From the NCBI RefSeq assembly GCF_009914755.1, contig NC_060930.1: DNA of 64,000 bases; one strand, 5' to 3'. The notes beneath the pieces are model-generated. The model made no database searches, was not told the origin of the DNA, and saw only the letters and a list, made by a program, of their open reading frames with translations. Source of the stretch: the human T2T-CHM13v2.0 reference genome, Homo sapiens. Made by a program: the position numbers and the translations under genes. This document shows, one piece after another, positions 32,210 through 45,520 of this stretch; position 1 is the first letter of the stretch; every line of letters begins with the position of its first letter.

Positions 32210-32360
32210 AAAACACGGAGCGCGCAGCGCTGAGACTGCGCATGAGCGTCACTAGACGACACGGCTGTCTTCTTTCCTGGAGAATTTCTCAAGGACTGCT
32301 GGCTGGAAACTTAACGGCTAATGTGGATCTGACCGTAGTTTGCCAAATTAAGAAAACGGT
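32210..32360 (+). other. PKIB: Candidate non-coding first exon of PKIB long isoforms (start approximate)
   Basis: Immediately + of the promoter motifs; tandem donors ACG|gtgtga (32358) and GGT|gtgagc (32360). Gene identity rests on the known SERINC1/PKIB head-to-head arrangement; no PKIB coding sequence is in the window. Confidence 0.6.
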
Positions 32361-33166
32361 GTGAGCAAAACCCACCTTTACCTACCATGCACTTGCATTT
32401 GGGCATTAGTAGAGAACAGAGCTGAGGTGGTGGTTGACGTTTTGCCCTCCTTCATCTGAGGAACCTCTCTGCTTTTTAGGGGATTGCTTCCTCTTTCTCA
32501 GTCTTTGTCCGTCCTAACTCCACTTATTTCCCATTTTTCCCACGTTTGCATCCTGTTTTGCTCTTGCGTTTGCAACGTATTCCTGCAGCCCGCTGCCCGG
32601 AACAAGTTTTATTGGGATATTTATATTCATCTGTGTGCTTCAGTTTCTCTGTATCATTTCTGTTTGCTATTGACTTATATTTTAATTTCTTGTGCTATTA
32701 AGATGTTACAAGAAATTTGCACGTTAAAATTATTTTTAATTAGTTAGATAAGACATTATCAAACTCAAACATTGATTTCGAATGTCATGAGCTGTTGAGG
32801 CATGTGGAACCCTTGCATATTAGGTGATGATGCACATCTGCAGGGAATGCATTCCTATAAAAGTTCCAGTTATTTTTTTAGAGTTATTTGTTCTTGAAAA
32901 TATTCTGGGAAACAGCTCAAACTTGAAATAGTCATTCCCATAACTAATAATAAGAAAGTGTTGTAAAATCTACAAAAATTGCATGGGTCGAGGTGGGGTA
33001 AACACCTAAGAATCTGGAAGAATGTCAGAATCCCTACTCCTAGTTATTGTAACCACTAAGGGACAGTCTTGCTTTATTCTTCTTTGCCTTATCTGTGGTT
33101 TTGTAGACCACTCTTAAAGCAAAGTATTATAATAGAGCATCCATAAGGTTTAAAGAATTGTGGAAA

Positions 33167-36166
<3,000 letters not shown>

Positions 36167-37280
36167 TTAAAAATTCCCAGTGTAACCTAGAATCAGTGTG
36201 TCTCCATCAAGGTTGACTAAAATTAGACTCATCTTTGGTCCCATAATCCTTCCTGCCTTTACACAAATCTCTGTATAAACTTTATTTTTTATCCTAATAA
36301 ATGATCTATATCTCTGAAATATTGTGAGAGTGGAACAGATTTTAAGGAAAATAATCAGGTCATATTTTTCTGGAAATTAGAAATTATACTGCTTAGTTCT
36401 CTTGTCCTTAGTACATCAACACTAAATATAATGAGGACTGAAACATCTTGGCCCCCCCACAGTAGTTAAAGGATGAATAAAATTTGTGCATAGTTTGTTA
36501 TATAATCCAAGGAGAGCAAAAATATAAAAAGTATTTTATGGCTTTTATCCTAAATTAGTTATATCTTAAATGTAAACATGTTTAAGTATTTCACAGATAT
36601 TCTGAAAGGATAAGCCAAAAATAGATTAGGACACAGTAACCCATAGGGGTCAGTATAAACTTAGAATTGGAAGAGACCATATTCTGATTAAAGACATGCT
36701 TTTATCTGTTAAGACACACATTGATAGTTTTGGAAAATAATTCAAAACTAAGATACAGTGTCAAATGTACAAAAACTCTCTTCAATTATGGTCTTAATGT
36801 TAAAACAGCAAATGAACAATATTCTTTCCACACAGATTTTCTTATTTTGCTGAATTCTAAGCCTATAATTCCATAACAAGCAGATATGTTTATACCAGTG
36901 AAATAGATGTCTACAAAAATAAGTTTATTTCAGGCAGAACATACATAAATTCAGGAAAAAAGGAAATATTCACTGTGTAAATAATAAAGTGGATAGCAAA
37001 TTCAAATATGTGTCTAATATTTAATGTACTATTTTATAATCATTGAGAAGGGAGTGACTTCTTGAAAAAGTGTAAATGACATTTCTAAAACATTTCACTT
37101 TTCAAGGGCAGATGTATTGACCTTGATAAAATAATGAAATTATATACTGAAGAAATTCTTCACATTCATTCACCCAAAACGTTATTTATTTGTGCTACAG
37201 AAAGGAATCAACTAGTTCGATTTGGCACTCATCAGATTTTTGAATTCTTATTAAACATGTTATTAAGGCAACGTCTAAAT

Positions 37281-37562
37281 CAGCACCTTCCAATAGAAAT
37301 GAAATGTGAATCACATTTGTAATTTAAAATTTTTTGTAGATGTATTAAAAGAAACGGATGAAATTAATTTTAAAGATGCATTTAATTGAACTCTATATCC
37401 AAAATATTTCAATGACATTAATATAAAAATTCTTAATAGAATGTTTTACATTATTTTTCATATAAGTCTTCAGAATCTGGTTGTGTTATATAATTAAGAG
37501 CACATCTCCATTTGGACCAGCATATTTCAAATGTCCAGTAGTCCCTGTATTGGACAATGCAG
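37281..37562 (+). mobile_element. MER33-like hAT-Charlie element
   Basis: cagcaccttccaatagaaat...cacatttgtaatttaaaatt...gtattggacaatgcag termini. Confidence 0.7.
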
Positions 37563-37899
37563 GTCTGTAAGCTGAAGGAGAAAGTCGAGGCAATTATCCA
37601 GGTGATACAAGCTAAACAAGGAAGCAATCATATTTTTCTTTGTATAAGTTATTTAGATATTTCAGATAAAGTGGTTTTAAGCCTGTGCATTTGCTTTAGG
37701 TATTGAACCTAAATTGATTTCTTATATAAAAATCAGATATGAGAGATTTGTAAGAAGGATAAATGTTATATTCTGATAATCATTTAGGCTATCAAAGTAC
37801 TATACTATATGATACTATATGAAATTTGCCAGATTTGACTTTATTTTCCAGTAATCCATATATTCCATTATGTTATTTTAGCCAATTTATCCTGATTTC

Positions 37900-39082
37900 T
37901 TTTTTATTCACCTGAATTTCTATGGCCTTAGCTGCTTTCTTTCCTCCAGAATTAATTGTAAGAATAGAATGATATCCAGAGGCCCTGACATTTTAAGTGG
38001 CCTGATCTCAAGCGACTTCAGACAGTGATTTTTTCTTCTTACCCAATTCTCTACACCTCACTCCACTGACTGTATTGTCCATTATTGCGTAAAACACTTT
38101 GGCAAATTCATACCTAAAGCTCTTTCTACTGAGTGATTAAGAACTTTGGGTACTTTTTCCTCACAGTTTTTACCCTGTTGAAGATTTGCTTTAACTTCAA
38201 AAGTGATGACAAGAAAGTATGGACACCCCTTCAGGACCAACCTGATAAGTCACTGGTAAGGTCTTAATTTCTCCATAAAGCTTCCTAATATTTTCTAGTA
38301 TTAAGGTCTTCATATCCCGTAACCCGCTTTGCATCACCTGCAGAAATCCTAGGCTTAGCTGTTTGGTAGCATCTGGCTGTGTCATTTGTTCTATTATTTT
38401 TCGCAGGCTCCCACCTAGAGTCCTGTTATAGTGAAGGCTGGCTTCCACTAGTTTCCATTATTGCTTATGGGTCTGTCCCTTTCCTCCAGAAAAGTCCTAT
38501 CTTTTTAAAGATGTAATGTCAGATGAAGCTTATGAGCCAACCACAGGCCATTTTTTTAATCGACATCTCCTGAAGGAAATTTTCTGCCTTAGCTGGCCTG
38601 ACTTACTTGTATTTTGTGGCAGAATCCAGTCTTTCTAGGAATCATCCAGTTTTAAAAATCATCTCAGTGGTTGTAGAGCTGACAGCAGAATTCTCTCTAC
38701 CTATTTTCTCCGCCATGGAGAAAGCATTCCCAGCATCATTTATACAAATGCTATGCACATTTCCACTTCCCAGCAATACTCATCCAGCAGTTTAGATGCC
38801 ATGGGAGGGTACTCCATAGTTCAGTTCTATGGTATGCTTTGATACGGGCATGGCTGGACACTGCACATTGTTCAGCAATTCCAAATGGTAGTCTTTAGTA
38901 AGAGAAAAAACATAATTAGAGTCACTTAACATATTATGTGGCAGCGGGGGGTGGGGAAATATCCTTTAAGAAGTAGCTTTCACATACAAATGGAGTCCAA
39001 AATAGTGAACTTTTCCCATTGGATATTTATATGAATACAACCATGGATTAAATGCCAATAGGAGAAAGTGTTTTAGAGACAT
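37900..39082 (-). pseudogene. Decayed intronless coding sequence; candidate endogenous bornavirus-like nucleoprotein (EBLN-like) element
   Basis: About 390 codons stitched across stops and a few frameshifts. Strong first-position purine bias (35/42 codons at 38770-38645). Colinear short motif matches to Borna disease virus N recalled from memory. Ends at TGA overlapping AATAAAAAA. Confidence 0.5.
38167..38255 (+). other. PKIB: Candidate 89-nt internal 5'-UTR exon of PKIB
   Basis: Strong acceptor tactttttcctcacag| and donor CTG|gtaagg; contains two ATGs. Confidence 0.6.
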
Positions 39083-39099
39083 GCTTAAAATCTGGAGAA

Positions 39100-39515
39100 A
39101 GAAAACAAAAAACAAAAAAAACTCCTGCAGCCAGCTCAGTGTCTGCCCAAACAGCCACCCAGTTTTGTGCTTGAAACCCAGGGCCCTGGTGGCGTAGGCA
39201 CTGGAGGGAATCTCCTGGTCAGTGGGTTGTGAAGACCGTGGGAAAAGCATAGTATCTGGGCTAGAATGCACCATTCTTCATGGCACAGTCCCTCACGGCT
39301 TCCCTTGGCTACCAGAGGGAGTTCCTCGACCCCTTGCACTTCCCGGGTGAGGTGATGCCCCACCCTGCTTCTGCTTGCCCTTCGTGGCTGCACCCACTGT
39401 CTAATCAGTCCCGATGAGATGAGCTGGGTACCTCAGTTGGAAATGGAGAAATCACCCACCTTCTACATTGAACTTGCTGAATGCTGCAGAGAGCTGTTCC
39501 TACTGGGCCATCTTG
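39100..39515 (-). mobile_element. Isolated L1PA (PA7/PA8-like) 5'-UTR fragment, 3'-truncated at its internal T-tract
   Basis: - strand reads caagatggcccagtaggaacagctc...tgatttctccatttccaactgaggtaccc...gctgcaggagttttttt, matching the L1P 5' end; TT|AAAAA site just upstream (39538-39532). Confidence 0.85.
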
Positions 39516-40337
39516 ACTAATTGCAAGAATATTTTTAAGAGCCTTTCCAGGGCTTCTTGCTTTCTCTAGGCAGACTCTCAGAAGCTCTGTCCCAGACACA
39601 TTAAAGCAGTAATAAGCAACTTAATATCTTAATCCTGCCCTGAGAAAGGTACTTCATACTTTATAGAGTTTTGAGGCACTAAGAATCAACAAAGGGGAAA
39701 AAAGTTCCTTATCCTAATTGAGTGGCCTAGGAAACAACATGTAGTATTATGACTATGTGTTTTAATTCTGTCAATTAGAACTCAAAATTTTCTTTTTAGT
39801 CAGATCAGTTCTATAGTTTTGATAAATATCACAAAACAGAAATGAGAGTACAATGCATTTACTCATGGGTGCTTAGACATCAGAAGTCTCATTATTTTCT
39901 TTGCCCTCTTTCCTAGCTGTTAATATAATGCTAAGATTAAGTTGACACATTGACTAGACTGTGATCTCTCTTTGCCCTCTGCTTTATTTAAAGATTTTCC
40001 TTTGGCGAGCAGTTATATATCAGGCACTCCCCAAACCCAACATCAGAGACACTCAAAATTGCCGTGAATATTCTAGTAGCAATCTCAAAAGTTTTAAGTT
40101 CTTTTGTATATAGATAGACTTGACACATTCTCTCAAAGCATATACTGTTTCTTGCTTTTCACTGTCTACAATGCCAGTGCCGGTATTGACTGTAAGAGCT
40201 TCCCATGGCATGAATAAACAGTGAAAAGGTCCAACAGAGCTTAAAGGTATATAGAAAAAATAATAGAAAGTTAAAAAAAGATTAAAGAAAACAATGAGTA
40301 TATTTGTAGAAATAAGTGAGGTTAGTTCTATTTGATT

Positions 40338-40657
40338 TGTAGTGGCAACCATAGTCAATTTTTTTTTTTTTTTCTTGAGAGGGAGTCTCGCTCTGTCACC
40401 CAGGCTGGAGTACAGTGGTGCAATCTTGGCTCACTGCAAGCTCCGCCTCACAAGTTCATGTCATTCTCCTGCCTCAGCCTCCTGAGTAGCTGGGACTACA
40501 GGCGCCCGCCACCACGCCCGGCTAGTTTTTTGTATTTTTAGTAGAGACGGGGTTTCACCGTGTTAGCTGGGATGGTCTTGATCTCCTGACCTCATGATAC
40601 ACCCGCCTCGGCCTCCCAAAGTGCTGGGATTACAGGCTTGAGCCACCATGCCCGGCC
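40338..40657 (-). mobile_element. AluY
   Basis: caagctccgcctc and caggcgcccgccaccacgcccggc; flanking repeat atagtcaa. Confidence 0.92.
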
Positions 40658-42280
40658 TATAGTCAAATTTTTTAATAAAATTGCTAACCTACACTTAGTA
40701 TATCCAATAACGAATGCACTATTTTGATTTTCAATTCTGATTTTATGCATGTTTGAGTAATCGATGCATACATATGTAATATTTTAATGTTAGTAATGAT
40801 AAAGAACAACTACAATTTATTTAAATAATGCTTCAGGTACTTTTTCTATTCAAGTTATTTACTTAATCCGAAGGGAATAAATTTTTTGAAAATGTAGTAA
40901 TAGTGATCCTGGAAAAATGTCATGTTCTATTTATATGCCTACAGTATTTACTCCATTTCTATCTCTTCCCTTTGATCTGTTTGATGGCTATGCCTGCCTT
41001 ATATTTCTAAGAATTTTTTTTCAAACAATTTTTAGTGGGTTGTGGTGTTCATCTCCGTTTCTTACTGTACAAATACTTTTCTGTTAAATTTAAAGGTTAC
41101 TCTCTAAAGCTTAGTAGGTGTGCTTTCATTTTCACACTGATAACTAAAATCCACATCATTACTAATCATAGACATGCATATGTGTTGATTATAAAGTGAT
41201 ATTGTACATACCACAAAATCAGAGATACAAAAATAATCTTTTGTTGTTCTTTTTAAAAAACTTAATGTAGAAATATCATAAAATGAAGTTAAATTGAGTA
41301 AATCTTAAGACATCACTTAGTCAAGCTCCTTGCATCAAATCAAGCCCATGATTATATAAGTGTATAGAAAAGCCCACAAAAAATTAAAAAGAAAGCTTTT
41401 CAGTGGAAAACCTGACAGACACCTTATCCAAAAGATCAAAGTTTTAACATCACCAGTAATAGAACAAATAGGTTTCATGTGTCTTCTGATGTAATGCACT
41501 AAGGAGTGAGCACTATCACTCCTGAGGCATTTTTGCCAAAAACATATAAACGGGAATAAATCATGAAGAAATATCAGACAAACCCAAATTAAGGGACATT
41601 ATGCAACATAAATGGCCTGTACTTTTCAAAATGTCTAGGTCATGAAAGAAAAGGACTAAGAAACTGCCCAGATTAAAGGAAACCAGAGACTTGACAACTA
41701 AATGCCACATGTAATCATGGATTAGATACTGGAGCAGAAATAACAATACTAATAAATAATTACTGTTACTGCTGTAAAGAACATTATTGAGACAATTAGC
41801 AAAATTTGAATGGGGCTTGTGAATTACAAAGCAGTATCATATCAAAACTGATTTTCTGTTTTTGATTGTTATAATGTGGTTATGTAGAAAAGTATTATAT
41901 TTTTGAAAATGTACATTGTAGTATATGGGAGTAAAAAGGATCATGTTGGAAATTTATTCTCAAACGGTTTACAAAACAGTATGTATGTGTGTGTGTGTTT
42001 GTGTGTGTACATACACACACATTGTGTAAAGTAAACAAGATAAAATTTTAATATTTGGTGAATAGAGGTGAAAGATATATAGTAAATTTTGTACAGTGTT
42101 TGCAACTTTTCTGAAGTCAGAAATTAGTTCAAATTTTTTTTAAATATTGCTTTGGCTTCCTATTTTACCTGTAGTTAACTGTGTCAAAAATATGCTAATT
42201 ATGTTATCAACACCCAGGGTTTTTGTAATCTCGCAATATTGAAATCAAGAGACATCACAGAACACAGCAGCAAAGGTAAG

Positions 42281-42577
42281 TTTTTTTTTTTTTTTTTTGA
42301 GGCGGAGTCTCGCGGTAGCCCAGGCTGGAATGCAGTGGCGCGATCTCGGCTCACTGCAGGCTCCGCCCCTCTGGGGTTCACGCCATTCTCCTGCCTCAGC
42401 CTCGCGAGTAGCTGGGACTACAGGCGCCCGCCACCTCGCCTGGCTAATTTTTTGTATTTTTGGTAGAGACGGGGTTTCACCGTGTTAGCCAGGATGGTCT
42501 TGATCTCCTGACCTCGTGATCCGCCCGCCTCGGCCTCCCAAAGTGCTGGGATTACAGGCGTGAGCCACCGCGCCCCG
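42281..42577 (-). mobile_element. Young CpG-rich AluY (Ye-like) with 16-bp TSD
   Basis: TSD cagcaaaggtaagttt at 42268-42283 and 42578-42593; - strand gaaccccagaggggcggagcctgcag. Confidence 0.88.
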
Positions 42578-42836
42578 GCAGCAAAGGTAAGTTTAATTTT
42601 ATTCCAGCTTGTGCTCAAGGGAGCTAGCACTGAGAAAGGAAAAAGGAGTTGGCTGTTCCCTGAGGGTAGTGTGTGGGTTAATTTAATAGGCTCTTTTCAT
42701 AGGGAAAGGTTATATTAGGGCATATATAGGACAGCTTTTTCTAGTGCTTGCACAGTAGCTCAACATGCTTCTCCATACATTACATGTAGCATTAGCATTT
42801 AAAATCTCCACCCTTGTGTGTGAATTTTAGCATTAA

Positions 42837-43165
<329 letters not shown>

Positions 43166-45092
43166 CACTTTAGGTTGGATTTAAAGTCCAACTGCACGTG
43201 CAAGGCTCTGGGGAAATCCCTACCCCCCTGAAATAGGAGCTTGCTGTTAAGTTTCTTGGGTCTCTTGTCACTGATTGGCTGAAAGTTAAATAAGCTAGTG
43301 TTTGAGTGAGGGGCTTTATCGTTTCCTTTAGACCATCTTAAAATAGGGACTCAACCAGCCTGCTTGTCTTAATCATATAAATTTATTTAAAATTATCTTA
43401 ATAAACCAGAACGTGGAGACTATTTTTTTAAAAGAATTATTTGTCGAAGTATTACATTTTTAGTAAGTTATCTCTTTTTCTTCTGTAGCTTCCTCATTTT
43501 TAAATTTAAACCAGACAAAAAGTTTCAGTATACAGCATAAAGAACATTTGATGAAAATTTGATGGAAGTAATTTAAACAACTATAAATACATTAATTTAT
43601 ATCAATTTTTGATTATGGGAGAGTAATAATCCTTTATTACAAGTTGAAACATCCCCTGAATACATTAGAATGAATGCTACTGAAAACAGAAATAATTTTT
43701 ACAATTATCTGCCACATATCATAATGCCTCAGACAAATTTTGTGTATGCATATAGAAGATGAAAAATTATTTCCTAATACACTCCTAGGTTTTCTGGTTA
43801 GAGTCCTCTAAATTAAATTGACAAAAGGCAGAAAAATAAGGGGAAAAAAAACACAAAAGTTTATTAACATATGCATTGTGCATGTAACATATACCCAGAG
43901 ATGAGTAACTCAAAGGTTTGGTTAGAACTTGGACTTATATAGGATTTCAGCAAAGAAACAATTTTTAGAAAAATGACAAGAGTCTCTAGGAGTGGCAGAT
44001 TGTGCGAAGGCAAATATATGGGAAACTAGGTAAATAAAGGCTAGTTTGCAAAGTTTGTTATATACAGTCCTCTGATTCTGTCTGCAGGCTGTAAGGGTCT
44101 AAAGCTGTCTCTGGTAATTAAGTTTTGTCCTTCCTTGTAGAAAGCGGGGGACAACTTTGTAAATTTATGTCCTGCTTTTAGATGACAGAAGAACAGAGAG
44201 CTTTTCTTGTATCTTTTTCTTCTCAATTGCCTTCAGCACAAAGTAATCCTTGTGCCAAAGTGGAAAAGTTTGCTGTGGCATATTCTGCCACCCTACCATA
44301 GCTAGGATAGAATACATCTGTACGTGAAGGTCTTTGAGGGCAGAGGCCAGATTAATTTGTAGAGTTTTACTGCCATCACCTAACCTAGTGCTTGACATGG
44401 AGAAGGGGCTTGGTAAACAATTGAATGAATTAATGAATTTGGTTGTGCCTTCCATATTTTCCGCACAACACTCTTGAAGTAAATAAAGAAAAAAAAAGGA
44501 AAAAAGAAAAAAAAAACCACTCTTGCAGTAAATATATTCATATACTTTTAAATACTATTCTAAGGTCAAAAACACCTTTATCAAATATCTAAAAGCTAAT
44601 GTGAAGAAAATTACATGAACACCAACCAAATTGTATAAAATAATTTCGTATGCTTGGTTTATGTACTTGTTTTGAAAAGTGGGATTTTGCCTTAGAAATC
44701 AGAGGCCACTTTACATCTTAACTGAGAATCATTTTCGTCAACTCTTGGAACAAGGACAATTGCAAGGAATAAATATGACTTAATTTTTGGAAGATGTATT
44801 CTGTGAAGAACTGTTATAGTAAGAGGAATTATTTATTCTTATAAAAAGAAGAATCTTGAAATAAAAAGGGGCAGTCCCAAAGTGAAGGGATCATTTTCAG
44901 TAGGTTTGCTATTTTCCTTATCAGAAATTCACAGCACACATTACTTTTTTAAGACTTTGACAAATACTGCCATAAATAAAATTATTTAATATTGTTTAAT
45001 CCAATGTTTCTTAAATGTGTATGATCTCAAACCCTGAAACAAAACAACATATCACATCCCGTGGATCATCATTTAGGAAAACACTATTAAAA

Positions 45093-45520
45093 TGTTAAAG
45101 CAAACTAAATATGGTCTGAGAAGGACTCCGTACTTCTATATTTGAGTCCTTGTGGATGAGCTGCAGCCTGACTTGATAGGTAGACAAGATTGAAAACCTA
45201 ACTTAGGAGTATGCGCCAGAAACAATAGATGAGTTTTGGCCAATCCTAGCAGCAGAAGTTCAACCACTCTTACACTGCCTCGTGTTCAAACTGTGTTCAA
45301 ATAAGGCAAATGCTGAGCTGTAATCAATCTAGTTGTTTCTGTACCTCACTTCCAATTTCTGTACTTCACTTCCCTTTTTTTGGCCTATAAATCTGCCACC
45401 ATGTGGCTGCTCTAGAGTCTCTGAATATGCTGTGATTCTGGGGGCTGCCTGATTTGTGAATCGTGCCTTGCTCAATTAAACTCCTTTAAATTTAATTCAG
45501 CTGAAGTTTTTCTTTCAACA
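45093..45520 (+). mobile_element. MER57-type ERV1 solo LTR
   Basis: tgttaaagcaaactaaatatggtctgagaaggactcc...gctcaattaaactcctttaaatttaattcagctgaagtttttctttcaaca; TG...CA ends. Confidence 0.85.

Larger units (their letters stand above)
31850..32360. promoter_or_regulatory. CpG-island bidirectional promoter (SERINC1 / PKIB)
   Basis: CpG-dense and GC-rich. ETS/GABP ACTTCCGG 32143-32150; GC box CCCGCCCC 32164-32171; CRE-half/ETS composite CGCGTCACTTCC 32179-32190; NRF1-like TGCGCATGAGCG 32237-32248. Confidence 0.85.

Noticed and set aside
31491-32292. Several overlapping 60-113 aa ORFs around the promoter
   Set aside because: Expected from the low stop density of GC-rich DNA; only the 39-nt SERINC1 exon 1 has splice and protein support.
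38570-38606. Apparent - strand intron CAA|gtaagt...ttccttcag inside the fossil ORF
   Set aside because: Only 37 nt, too short for a normal spliceosomal intron, and the reading frame continues through it.
38490-38831. + strand 342-nt exon-like segment (cctccag| ... ATG|gtatgc) with 113 codons and a single stop at 38636
   Set aside because: It is exactly in register with the - strand frame and is S/F/H-rich, as expected for an antisense shadow; the purine-first codon bias favours the - strand. It remains the alternative if the viral hypothesis fails.
38453-38970. All stops in the fossil frame could derive from C->T changes in CAA/CGA codons
   Set aside because: True of any stop codon, so it was not counted as evidence of former coding.
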